Shown one piece after another: positions 1-12,370 of a stretch of DNA of 46,032 bases; within the stretch, counting starts at the first letter, position 1, and each line of letters opens with the position of its first letter. The notes below the pieces were generated by a model. That model saw only the letters and a program-made list of their open reading frames with translations, was not told the origin of the DNA and did no database searches. The position numbers and the translations under genes were made by a program. The stretch is from Octopus bimaculoides. Its lineage: Eukaryota. The stretch is taken from positions 52,697,345 through 52,743,376 of the forward strand of contig NC_068982.1 of assembly GCF_001194135.2 (NCBI RefSeq), read 5' to 3'.

Positions 1-31
<31 letters not shown>

Positions 32-1740
32 AAAGACAGCGAGGTAGCAGAATCGTTGAAATTACTCTAGCGTATAAGTGGAACTTATGTTATCCATTCA
101 CCAAGAATAAATGAAAATAAAATTGATCCTGGTCATATTTGAACTAAGTTGTAATTAAATATTGTCCGAAGCTATATCTCTTCTGTTCCTCAACTTCTTT
201 TGATAACGTATAATATTAAGAATTATCGAGCGCAGCACTTGCCAGAAAAGCAGGATATTGAATTAAAGGAGATGTAATGTCGTCCCGTCCTTCTTCGTCT
301 TGTGTGCACATCCTGCCAGTGTTGATAAAGTAGGTGGTAGGTATAGTTATACAAATGAGGCGAATTGTCTGCACTTACAGACGCTTGTCTTACATTATGT
401 CAGAAGATGTTAATCCAGAACAATACGGTTTGAAATATATAAACAGTAAGTTCATGTCGACTTCTAACAGAAATTGGTTTCATTCCTTGTTTGGTGCCAC
501 ACCACTTATGTCAATAAAATCTTTAGGAAAAAATATGGAAGTCACATCTTTGTATTCTTTGTTCTCCTTTACAACTAAGGCTTCATCCTTAATGACAAAA
601 TTATTGTTTATGTAATGAAAACTTCGACAATCAATGGTCGTAGCACATCATTCAAAAAGCCATTGTACAAGTGTCATTTGCTAAATAATTACGTGAATTA
701 ATTCAATTTCAACTAGAACTACTTCATCGTTCAGTTATAAATTGCGCTTTGAACGGATATCTCAACTGACGTTGACATTATCGAAAATAATTTTCACTGT
801 CTACTTTTATTGAATGCTATAAATTTTTTTCTAGAGACAGAACACGCATAAATGATTTTACAATGCATTTATAATTTCTTTTTGCTTCAGTAATCAGAAT
901 ATTCAAAAGTAAGAATCGTTACTACCCATACCACGCCTCCCAGTAATTTTATTGCTAAATTAGCACAAACAATTAGTCGAGCACGTGGCTTATGCTATTC
1001 ATTTACGACCAGTAAAATTTTGCTGTCTCAACATGCAATATTATATACTAGAGATATAGAAAGGTTGCGTATTTCTTTTATGTTTTTCTTCAGTGAGTAT
1101 GATGGTAACATTTTACGAATTTATTGCTTTTAAACCATAACAATAATAATAGCATCTAACCAGGCTTTGTCGCACAATGTAATTGAATTCAAATTTTGTT
1201 TCTTGTGTCTCACTCATTGGTTTTGACCTTGCTTTATTATTGGATTTTATTGTTCATGGTTAAGATCTTAAGCTGAATAATTCATTTATGGATTTTTGTT
1301 TGGAATTATGTGTTGCTAATAGACATATCTTTTCATTATCGATAAATCTCATAATTTAATGAGATTTGTCTGGCTTTTACACACATTAACTTGTAGTATG
1401 GACTTAGTTGAAAGAAAGTTATACTAAGTGAAAAGTTAAATAATTACTTACGGTTTCACTACTGAAATATTGGAAGTTCCGCTTATAACATATTTTCGGT
1501 ATTAAATCAAATGAAGGAGAGAAATAAATATACCCACAATTTAGAAAAATAATGAGGTAATTCGCTCTTATCATGCTCTTAACATTTGCAGAGAACGCAA
1601 CTCATTGCGGATTTCAAATTTCATTCATTGTACTATTTTGATTTAATAATCCAAGCATTTTCCTTTCAAATTAATTATGTTAATTACTCTCTCCATTTCT
1701 TTTTTCTTTTTCATAAATACTAACTAAAATCCTAAAACGT

Positions 1741-1753
1741 TTATCTTTTCCAG
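1741..1753 (+). other. Candidate 3' splice acceptor opening the GTPase exon (exon would be 1754-2130)
   Basis: TTATCTTTTCCAG is a pyrimidine tract plus CAG, 118 nt upstream of the ATG, where AT-rich sequence changes to more GC-rich exon-like sequence. Confidence 0.6.
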
Positions 1754-1871
1754 TCGTCCTTGGAAGCTGTACTTCCAAAACACAGACAACGATAGCAAAT
1801 CTTGTTTGGCTGTAGGTCAATCTCATTTGGCATGTCTCTGTTGGTCTCTGGGAAATGCAACAGCCGCAGAC

Positions 1872-2130
1872 ATGGCTCTTGTAGAACAAGGTGATAGTGC
1901 TCCCCCTGAGAACTGTCATCGTCTTGTCATTCTTGGATCGGCAAAAGTAGGGAAGACTGCCATTGTTTCAAGATTTCTTGCCAACAAATTTGATGAGAAC
2001 TACACACCGACCATAGAGGATTTTCATCGGAAAATTTACCGAATTCGTGGAGCTCCCTATCGGCTCGATATATTGGATACATCTGGAAATCATCCGTTTC
2101 CAGCCATGAGACGACTATCGTTTATCACAG
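1872..2130 (+). CDS. RASD1: First coding exon (partial CDS) of a RASD1/RASD2 (Dexras1/AGS1/Rhes)-family Ras-like small GTPase
   Basis: Translation MALVEQGDSAPPENCHRLVILGSAKVGKTAIVSRFLANKFDENYTPTIEDFHRKIYRIRGAPYRLDILDTSGNHPFPAMRRLSFIT(G). It has G1 GSAKVGKT, G2 YTPTIEDF and G3 DTSG followed by the RASD signature NHPFPAMRRLS. The ATG has a strong context (GACATGG). Homology ends at ACAG|GTGAGA (2130/2131, phase 1), which matches the vertebrate RASD intron position as I recall it. The ORF-track tail 2131-2213 is intron read-through. The symbol denotes the family; an invertebrate gene would be co-orthologous to RASD1 and RASD2. Confidence 0.93.
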
Positions 2131-2136
2131 GTGAGA
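2128..2136 (+). other. 5' splice donor of the GTPase exon
   Basis: CAG|GTGAGA is near consensus and falls exactly where protein similarity stops. Confidence 0.88.
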
Positions 2137-3829
2137 ATGTAATCTATATTTATCCTATATGTGTTTGTTATTGCTTATGCATATTTATTTTATACATAAT
2201 CACTTTCCTGTGAATATCAATGAGGGAATACAGAAATATTACTTGTAACCACTAATCTTTTGATTGGTGATGTATAACAGTGCTTGAAAACATAGAGAAT
2301 AAAGTCCTTAACCAATTCGATTTTCAGTCGTAAAATTTTATTTCATTTTAGTTTCTGAAGTCAATGAAGCAACTATTAGATTCTATAGACGCTTCTTGTA
2401 ACTTTCCAGCACAAATTAAATTATTGCGTCTGGACGAAACAAAAGTATTTGCCTACAATCTGTACATTTAAATGGAGACTTTAAGGTATATGTATCACCA
2501 CCAGAAGTTTGAATTCTGCCAGCAACATGATACAGTCAATATATTGTATTAACAAATATTTGCTCTCTTTAACAAAACTGTGTTAATACAAATAAATGAT
2601 GTGAGCAACTGGAAGATTTGTGGCATTTAAAGTGGTGTGTTTTAGGCGATAGAATACGGACACAAACTGGATGGAAGATTCCAGATTTATGAGGATTACT
2701 AGCTGTTTATCTCTTTGGTGACAATGCTATGGGTGAAGTATTGTTTATCTAATTTGTTGTTATCAGTGATGAACCAGATATAAAATATTTCCCTTGCAAA
2801 TGTTTAGTGAGAAATTTTCAGATCTCGTCATTGTTGGCCATGTTCAGACGTTCATACACTGACGTGGGTATTTGTAAGTTATACTTGTAATTTTTATAAA
2901 ATATCTTGTGTTGCTGTTAGATGTTTTATTCATGCCGCGTATATGTAAGACCGAATGTCTATTAATAATATATGCAATCCAGTGGAGAAGGTGGCAACAA
3001 CGCACCATCAGTTTGTGTAGTGTTCCAGTGGAATTAATATTCTAATGAATAATGCTTGTGGTAATGTCACTGATATTCTCATTAAACATTTTGTCGTTGA
3101 TAAATTATGTAATGTTCATTGCATGATGCCTATAACTCGCTGATATACTGAAGCATTCTGAGAAAGCTTAGTACCTTAAGTTTTATAATAATGGAAAACA
3201 TTGCATTCTCCAGGATTCTAGTGGTGAAGTGTTCATAGCTATTACTACATTGTTTCTTTAGTTTGACCTGAAGATATAATACGTTATGGACTATAGAAGC
3301 ATGTATATATATTTATGTACTTGGAGTCGTGGTAAACGTCTTTAAAAAATAACTTAACTGCAGTTTAGTTGATCTTGTTTGTAGATACTGCATATCACTA
3401 GCGAAGCTAACGTCAATGTGGAATCCAGGAATATCATGTAACTCTTATGAACATAAGATGTTTTACCTAACTTAGGGCACGATTATAAATATCCTTATAA
3501 CTAAAGAATGATGAGGATTGCTGAGTAAGAGTTAATCCCTTGATTAACTATATCTATAATTCGTTGTCGATTTCCAATTATAGTAGGTTTCCTCTAAAAT
3601 ATTTGCGTCGTTTAATGTACCTTAAATAATGAAAAGTATTTGACTTACAAGTGTCCGTTGGTTAATGGTATATCTTGGTGATATCACAAAATATGATAAA
3701 AGCCATCTGTAGCACCATAAGATAATATGAAGCGTTTCAAATTTTGGAAACAACTTTAAACATTCTAGCTTATAAATTAATGCGTAACACACCAAAACAA
3801 TTATAAGTTCTCTACAGATAATACCAACA

Positions 3830-3892
3830 CTGGTGGTGCCCCAGAATGGTCACAGCCTTTAGACTGTACATGTAAAAAAAATAACAGAATAA
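3830..3892 (+). mobile_element. 3' tail fragment of the SINE family seen at 38268-38655
   Basis: GGTGGTGCCCCAGAATGGTCACAGCC...GACTGTACATGTAAAA resembles GGCGGTGACCCAACATAACCGCAGTC...AACTGAAACAAGTAAAA at 38593-38640. Confidence 0.5.
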
Positions 3893-6800
3893 CACATTAA
3901 ACATATAACTACTAGCGAATTTATCCTGCTAATCATTGCTATTCAGTAATAATAGACGACCGAGCATAAAAGAAAACTGTTTTTATGAATAAATTTAAAC
4001 TGCTCTACTACAGATGTAGCCCTTTATTTTAATACATGTGGGTTCATTCCTATCATTATAGTAAACACTGCAGCCTACCAAAATATACTACAGCTAAAAA
4101 TAGCATCGACGATTTGCTACGAAAAACTGATTCTAAATGCTTAAACGTACACTTATACATAAATATACATTTATACTTAAATGCACACGCGCGTGCGCGC
4201 ATATATATATATATATATATATATAGTTACTACCTCATTACAAGAAAAGCTATACAGGATGTATCGATAATTCCAGAGTCCAAAATTGAGTTTCTTGCTC
4301 TCAACACAAAATAAAATCGATTAGAAATGGTTGGAATTGCAGAAAATTGCGTGGATGGATATTCATTTATCGCAAAGTTAGGCTATATACTGAAGTATGA
4401 AAGAGAATTATGCCAAATGTTTCCTTTCCTACAATACCAAAACCACTTCGGACGATCATTTGCAATGATTGCAATCGCTTCAGCTATGAAATATGATGAG
4501 AAAGGGTAAAACAACTTCCTCGTGTTCTGATGTAACAAGAGAATATAATACTTTTGAGTGTGTTGAAATGTGTCTGGAAAGAAAGAAAAACTTTTTACCA
4601 TTATGTAATATGTCTAGAAGGAATAACATTTTAACTGTGAAGGCATCTAGTTGGTATAGAATATCTTATGGGAATCAACGCATTCGGAATAGTGTTAAAC
4701 TGGTCAATATTAAGAAGAAACTAATAATGGGCCTGAAGTGTAAGATGGTAATATTTTATCATGGAAGGCATAATGTTATATGCTAGGAGAGAAATGAGAT
4801 TTAGGGTCATTTATACTTTCCGAAAGGGAAAAAGCAACATAACTGAAATGAAATGGTTTGAATTGAGAATCGAAACGAGGTCATAAATTACCAGTATGTT
4901 AAATACAAAATACAAGGTGAGTTAGCAACATAATTTAAGTAATAAGTTCTAATGCAAACCGAATTATTACTCTGAAACAGATGTATTTTTAAAACTATGT
5001 ATATTTTAAAATAAACCTCAAATATCAGCATTTCATTGTAAAATATAATGGTGTCTTAATCCGTTTCTACGCTCTGGGTAGTATTACTCTAATAACATAC
5101 TTGATTATTCAGAAGTGGGTGATTATAGTGGAAGTAGAATTTAGAAACTATGTTTTCTAATGATTATATGATATGCCTTCTGTCATAACAATTCTGTCAT
5201 AACACTGTCATAACAATTCAACAGAATCAAATACAAACATATAAATACATAAAAACAACAGAAAGTGCTATATATTTCCTTATACATAACTTCTGGAATT
5301 ATTTTGACTTGTAAAACATCCAATATTATTTGCTAGTAATATTAGGCGATTGATGAAATCCGATTCAAATATCTATTTCTGAATTAGAAATTGCGCAAGA
5401 CTTTGTTTTTTTAACTATCAGTTTTAGATCTTTTATGTAAATTTAGCCACTCTGGTTTTGAATGGATAAGAAGGAAGATTTTTAAAATATTTTTTACTTG
5501 ATCACCTGGAAATATTTACTAGAAATATCATTAAATCAAGAAAGAGCCCAATAGCAATCTAACATAATCGAAATTTCAGCATATCTAACAACAACTAATG
5601 GAAAGAATAAGGAGCCTCTGCATGGACACTCGACATGTGAGAAAAAAGCAGTCGAATTCATTCAAATCAAGCTCACAGACTCAAAGTTGATACGAAGCAT
5701 TGGAAAATGTAATCTAGATATAAAAAATTGCTCGATGATCAAAACTAGAATATCTTTATAACTGCTTCACTAGGGACCGGCTGCAGCTTAATAACACATA
5801 ACTGTTGAAATTTATAAATCAAGCAATAAATCAAGGAGTAGATAATTAGGAAAAACTACTCTTGATGTTCATGTTATAGTTAACCACATTGGACAGAATA
5901 TGTCAAAGTGATGTTTAAGTTATCACTGATTTTAGTAGCATCTGTGTGAAATGTCATCCAGTGACACAAGATATTCAAATTTAGGATTGCTCTAATGTAA
6001 GAAAAACAATCGAAATGCTGCTTTTTCGCGAAGTGAATAATATATTTAGAATATTTCTGTTAATGTTTCCATTATATTACAAATATAAAAGACCAGAGAT
6101 CGTTTTGGGGGAAAAGAAAACAGTTACAGCATTCCTATGGAAGTTAGACAGGCTGATGTGAATTCTGCAAGAAGCATCTATTTTAAAAAACAAATCAGAT
6201 CTATAGTCATATAACATAGAAGTAGAAGTTATTTTACCTGCCTTGGTTATAAATTTAGACTGCAAAACCATTTCGGAAATTGATTATATAAACAAACGTC
6301 AATACAATAGTTTTATAAGACAGTGTTTCAAGTGTAAGCGATAACATTTCGTAAGCAGAGAGCTGCAACGTGGTTTCAATTTCTGCTTGTATGTATTTCG
6401 GAAAGCATCAACGTCGTACTTTTTACTTCTTTCCTCCTGCTAAGTATTGGGCATTTGTGCTTAATCAAAACGAAAACCATAATGTAAATACTGGTTTCTA
6501 GACTAACAATAAAAATGTTTAGCGAGAATTCTTAGAATCATTTAATAATCTAGGCACATATCTCAAGTAGACAAACATTTCCAAAAGTTTAGTAAATGAG
6601 TGTAATATTACAAAAATACAATAATCGAATATTCAAATCAATAACTATTGAAAAGCGTAATGATTTATATATTTAGTTAATTAGTTCCGTTTTCTTTCAA
6701 AATAATTTTGGGATTTTAACATCGCATATTTGATGAAAAATAAGTTGTACGACAGAGTAATGTAAATATTCTTAAGCGTTGTACTTCTAATTGTAATTGA

Positions 6801-7650
6801 ATGTTCTATAGCTAATCAAAACGCCACTAATCAATAATCACTGAAATATTCTTATCAAGTTAAGAGAAATAAATTAAATATTTATGTAGCCGTAAAAATA
6901 ACCACGGAGGCACAGAGGGGGCTCTTATGTTGAGCGCAACCTTATTTCTATCAAAGACGCTATTTTTCAACGGTTTAGTCAAGCTAAATGTTCTACAATG
7001 TGGACAGATATATTACTGCAATTATTGACAGCACAGTTCAAATGACAAATATGACGACATTTCAGTTCGCCTAGTACGTGTCTTGTGGTTTGGAATCATG
7101 ATATGTTCACTAATTAATATGTGACTCTAGTCTCAATGAAATCACTGTTACCAAGTAATAGATACGTGGCTCGAGTCCTCTCGAAGAGCTTATATCTTCT
7201 TTTTGTTTAAATATTCTGCTTTTCTTATAGAAAAACCCACGTTTTAATGATCAATTCATTTTTAATGCAAAATGACTTGCCAAACCAAGATGGTTCATTT
7301 ATCAACGGTTTCAAAAATAGTAGCCAGTAACGGAATAACAACAGTCCATAAAATAGTTCAAGCTTTACCCATGATTTCACACGTTACTGAAACCGAACGC
7401 TAAGGAATAATATGAATTCTTGTTGTTTATGAATTCTGTTTTTGAATGAATGATCTATTATTTTACTGGACAGCTGCTGGGGTTGTATTTATATGTTTAC
7501 ACAGTATTTGTGTAAGAAGAAAAGTGAAGAAATTAAATCTATATTATTTAAAACAGTTTGATTCGACTTCAGAAACTTGGCTCATTCACACTTAGTTAAC
7601 GCTATATGCGTTGAGGGCCTTTTTCTTTTTTATGTCCACTCACTCATATA

Positions 7651-7698
7651 NNNNNNNNNNNNNNNNNNNNNNNNNNNNNNNNNNNNNNNNNNNNNNNN
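7651..7698. other. Assembly gap (48 N)
   Basis: Run of N next to microsatellites. Confidence 0.99.
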
Positions 7699-7761
7699 TA
7701 TACACGCACAAATGTTTATATGTATACTTATTTACATATATATGTATGTATGTATGCTGTA

Positions 7762-7797
<36 letters not shown>

Positions 7798-7907
7798 TGT
7801 ATGTATGTATGTATGCATGAAAGTGTGTCTGAGTCTGTCTATGTATATTCGTTTACATATTTGCATATATGAATATGTATATGCATTTGTATACACACAC
7901 ACACACC

Positions 7908-7955
<48 letters not shown>
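7699..7955. repeat. Compound microsatellite (ATGT)n / (CA)n / (TA)n
   Basis: Directly visible. It explains the spurious MYVC/IYIY ORFs at 7577-7990. Confidence 0.97.
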
Positions 7956-7959
<4 letters not shown>

Positions 7960-8159
7960 CAAAGATACACGTCATAGATGCTCTGGGTAACATCATCTGT
8001 GATATTTGGGAGAAGTCTTAGAGTGTGTGTAGTCTTTCAACATCAAACCCCCGTCGCTCAGTTGACCTAGCTGAGTGATGTTCTGCTGCAGTATGTTGAC
8101 CCACTTTCTATAGACACTTTGTTGGCTGAGTCCCACGATCCTGACAGACCGTGCCTCTT

Positions 8160-9149
8160 CTAAGCCTGCACAGTTCTTCTATATCCTACGTGTCGGAAAC
8201 GAGCTTCTCGGGAAGCACTCTCTTCCTGATGACCTCCCATACAACGCCAAAACATACCTTAAAGATGTGGATGTAAAACGCTCAGCATACTAAAAAAGAC
8301 TATACATGAGTATATTTCCCGAAGGCTTGAAGAAATGAAGACTCTCTTGGACTTGTAACCGCTACATCACATCACAATTTAAAGGTTATGAATTTGCTAT
8401 CCCAAAACAGGAGATTGCTAGGAAATACCTTAAGAACAAATGAGACTGCGAAGATCTTAGAGCTCAAGACGCAACTAAAAATGTAGATTTTTGTCATATT
8501 GCTATGGAATACATCACACTTACGATTAGCAGCTGCCCAAAAATGTTGTCAGGGTACTATATCCCTATGCGACACTATGTTGTGGCAAAAACAATATACA
8601 ATGCCGTTCGAGAAAAAAGACTGTCCTAGAATAAATATAGAGAATCTCTCTATTACACGCACAAACATCAACACAAGGAATATTAGTTGAATATTTCCAT
8701 TGAGATATCTGTGAAGTGTAAACATAACATCCCAGTTATTGTTCGGGACAGACATGAAAGCGTACGTACCATCATAGAGATTCAGCTGTCCTGCTGATGT
8801 AAATCCCTCTTTGAAAATCAAAGAGAACGAGGATAACTATGGACAGCTTTTTCGAAATCTCCAGCATCTATATCCAGATTATAAATTCATATTTACACCA
8901 ATAATAATGGGTGCATTTGGTTTTATGAGTAAACGCCTAAGCGATAAGCTAGGATTTTCAGGAGAAGGAAATCGATAAACTAACTTGCGCATTACAAATA
9001 CAATCTGTCACTAAAGTATGCAAGACATTTCTCAAATATAAAATGTAACACTGTTTTTGTTATCTACATTCCAATGACTGAAATTTGTATATTTGGTAGA
9101 AACCAGGTCCGTCATCAGAAAAAAAAATTCAAATCATTGAAAACAGAAG

Positions 9150-9150
<1 letters not shown>
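8160..9150 (+). mobile_element. Degenerate 3' part of an R4/Dong-clade non-LTR retrotransposon (CCHC knuckle plus restriction-like endonuclease)
   Basis: Frameshifted hand translation gives ILRVGNELL...KTIHEYISRRL...KGYEFAI..QEIARKYL...KCRFCH..EYIT.TISSCPKM..YYIPMRH.VVAKTIYNA...KCKHNIP..IVRD...IEFSCPADVN..LKIKENEDNYG...YPDYKF..TPIIMGAFG...KTFLKYKM*. This is the zinc-knuckle plus PD-(D/E)xK layout of RLE-type LINEs. It has several stops and frameshifts, and a 3' UTR that runs into (CA)n. Confidence 0.82.
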
Positions 9151-9205
<55 letters not shown>

Positions 9206-9228
9206 CACACACACACACACATAGACAC
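9151..9228. repeat. (CA)n microsatellite, followed by an N gap at 9229-9367 and then (TA)n
   Basis: Directly visible. Confidence 0.98.
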
Positions 9229-9390
9229 NNNNNNNNNNNNNNNNNNNNNNNNNNNNNNNNNNNNNNNNNNNNNNNNNNNNNNNNNNNNNNNNNNNNNNNN
9301 NNNNNNNNNNNNNNNNNNNNNNNNNNNNNNNNNNNNNNNNNNNNNNNNNNNNNNNNNNNNNNNNNNNATATATATATATATATAAATAAA

Positions 9391-9447
9391 CGCATGGCTC
9401 AGTGGTTAGAGCATTGAGCTTACGATCGTGAGTTCGAATCCCGCAGG
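9391..9447 (+). mobile_element. tRNA-derived SINE head only (3'-truncated)
   Basis: A box TGGCTCAGTGG and B box GTTCGAATCC (9432-9441). The 5' sequence GCATGGCTCAGTGGTTAGAGCAT is the same as in the SINE at 19238-19555. Confidence 0.75.
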
Positions 9448-10671
9448 CGATGTATTCTTTGAAGGTTCTCAGGTTTTTAAAGAGATATCTAAGAAGAATA
9501 AACAAGCTTGTAGTCACCCGTGGCCTGAAAAATAAATGAATAAGTATATGAAATTTTCCGCTAAGCATGTACATTAATTCTGAGATATTAAATCTTAATT
9601 TCTTGGAATTAGTTTCTCTTTACCTAAAGATTCGCAAAAACACTACCAATAAGATTTGTTTTCTTTCTCCAACTCGTTCATATGCAATTTGCTATTCATT
9701 TAAATTCATATATACTTGAGCTTATCTTATTATTATTATTTTGAATATAGATAACGGGTTCCTCTTCGTATTACACATGTTGTTGCTGCTCTTTAACCCC
9801 CAAGTATCATGCAGAGTACTTCGTGGTTTCGTGGACTATATTATGCAATATGTCTTTTCCCATTTCAGATGGGAAGTTATGTTTCAAGGGATGTTTGTCT
9901 GCTCTATTTTTCTGCTGTCTAATAAACATAGAGATTTCTGTCATTGGCTGGTAATATTACATATTGATGTAGACGACGTTTAATAGCTACAAAAACATAA
10001 ATTTAGTGTAGTGACAGCGGAATGTTTTTCTTTTACCTCAATATTTCCCTATTAATGTTCTCTTGATTAAAAATTGTATGCGCTTGAAACAATCATGATA
10101 GCAAATCACCATAGAGCAATAAGTAATCTGTTGACAGATTAAAAGCATGACGACCCGGTTTGATATTTATTGGTGCGAGTTCATCTTAGTTATATCTCTT
10201 ATTCCTTTGAGTAAAGTATTTTATCGCAACATTTCCATGCTACTGCATCTAAAATATTAATCCTTAGACAGACAAGAGACTCAAATATGATACGCCTTTT
10301 GTTTTGCTATCTATATTTTATATCCAATGTTACAGAATTTATATTTATAGATTCAGAGTTTAATCATTATTTATGCCTATTCTATACTGGCTTTGCGTTC
10401 GATGCTGTTAAATTATATTTATGAGTTAAATGTTTATCGTTTTGCGTCTTTCTCTCTGCCAGTTACTTTGTTGTGAAGTTTATCACATACATATGTAAAA
10501 TTGCGTGTGATAGTAATTGTTTTATCGGTGATCATTGACTGTCTTTTAAGTGGTTACCTACTTATATTGTCCACACACTTCTTGTACGGAGAAAAATTCA
10601 TAACTTACATTATGTATTCAACATGTCGGAAGTTCTTACTAAATAAATTTTCATTATTAATAACCAGGTAC

Positions 10672-10855
10672 ATGTGGCTCCTTGACAGAATTGTTACAGC
10701 ATCGGGAGGAATGCTTTACAGTACTCCTTCCGGCTCTTTACATTTTGAGTTTAAATCCAGCCGCGGTCACTTTTCTCTTCATCCATCCAGGGTCGATATT
10801 AGAATCGCGGTTATCGACTAATCACCTCCACTCAAAATTGCTGCCCATGTTCTTT
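10672..10855 (+). mobile_element. Degenerate tRNA-derived SINE with a Deu/Nin-like central domain
   Basis: Colinear similarity to 40591-40792: CAGAAT...TTTACA..TGAGTT.AAAT...TTCATCC..CCAGGG.TCGATA...AAAATTGCTG. Confidence 0.65.
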
Positions 10856-12112
10856 AATTATAAACAATTATTAATAGCCATATTTGAAAATGTGGCTTGA
10901 AAAGAGAGGCTAGCTTAATGAAAAGCTTAATTTTTTTCCCTGGAATGTGAGACTATAAACTTAAGACATCAATCTAAAAGATTGCAAAGTGTCTAATCCG
11001 AGGTGTTTATCTCTCTTTGAAATGACAAATACTAAGATGTCACTGTATTCCTTTCATATTTCTAGTTTACATGTCTTATGTATGCTTGCGTTTCGTGTTT
11101 AAAACGTAGATTGCATACTTTCATTGTTTGCTGTTTTAAGAAGTTTGAGTACTTGCAGCATTTTTGATAAGACTAAGACTTGCCTTTTTATGCAATTTGA
11201 ATTATTATTTTCTATGTATCTTCACTAAGGATTCTTTCACATTATTGTAGCGAGTACAGTAAATGCCACGTTGTGCTAATGAGGTTAAAATACCACTAAA
11301 ATATGTTTTGTTCATGGCTGTTTCCCGTAGTTGCTGAAATATTTGTTATTAGCCAGTAATTTATTTTGTTTTTTCCTCATCGTCTACTTATTTCTAAGTA
11401 GCGTTTTAATTATCCTTATATTTATATGTTAAGAGAACCTTAATCCTATTTACTACATCAATCTGTAACTCACACAGAAACAATACCTACATACCAATGT
11501 AGTTAGCAAAAACGAGTACAATACTTGTTTAACGAACTATAGCACAAAGTAAAAATTATGTTGCATTGGCATGGAAATAATAATTACTATATTGATTTCT
11601 TATATTATCACAATGCCTGTTATACATAAGAAAGGAGATTAGTTTGTGTGGTACTCGGTTCTTTCTCAAATGCTTAATGAAGTTTGCAATGCAGAAGGCT
11701 TACACATGATCATCAAAACTATGCCTTAAATAGCATACTATATGGTATGTCTAATTGAAATATTTATTAGAGGATGATGAATAAAACTAAGAACTTAATA
11801 AGTAATATACATCATATTACATAAAATAATTGTGATTAGATTCTTAGTTTACAAGTATACTATATTGTAGCTTAGTGCTTCTCAAGCATTTATAACTATC
11901 GCTTCTTTTCTATTACTAACGCCTGGTTGCTTAAATTCATAAATAGTAAATACATAACAAAAAATTGCAACTAACAGATTGATCACCATTAAAAGACTAC
12001 TTGCATATAAGTCATTTCCTCAATATAAAATAGAATGCGAAAACAATATTTCAACTGCTAACATGACCTGATGATTCACCCATAGAATAACAGCAAAAAA
12101 TACCTTTGAAAA

Positions 12113-12370
12113 TTAGGGCGCGACCTGGTCATTAATAAGTTCCACTAATGATCGTAATATCGTAGTTTTAATTCCCGAAGCGGGTGGTGTATTATGTCCT
12201 TTTTTCACATTGGTACACTCCACTCAGCTATATATAAATTAGTTCGACCAATAGCTGGGAAGTTAAGCTTGTGACAGGTGTGCCTCCCGTTCAGGAGTGA
12301 GTGTTGTAATCGCAGTCTCTTATACACGCAAACCTCGTGAATCCTAAGGCTCATAGCAGACCTAAGTCTT
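12113..12370 (+). mobile_element. Degenerate SINE related to the 19238-19555 family
   Basis: GGCGC..TGGTCA head, a decayed B box, the CACTCAGCT core motif also seen at 19238-19555, and a CCCGTTCAGG-type tail. Confidence 0.45.

Noticed and set aside
1806-1871. ORF-track start at TTG 1806, and the tail 2131-2213, as part of the protein
   Set aside because: Family similarity begins near ATG 1872, which has a strong context, and ends at the 2130 donor. The tail is intronic. The upstream open frame is kept only as a hypothesis.
5520-6050. Possible very old LINE remnant (WTL-like and GL..N.KKT-like words)
   Set aside because: Too degenerate to support by eye; it needs a profile search.
9391-9447. 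tRNA gene (A and B boxes present)
   Set aside because: No cloverleaf or acceptor stem, and the 5' end is identical to the SINE at 19238-19555, so it is a SINE head.
9441-9500. Candidate RASD exon 2: CAG|GC GAT GTA TTC (GDVF)
   Set aside because: It continues FEGSQVFK rather than ILVFS, has no polypyrimidine tract, and lies at the end of a SINE head. Chance match.
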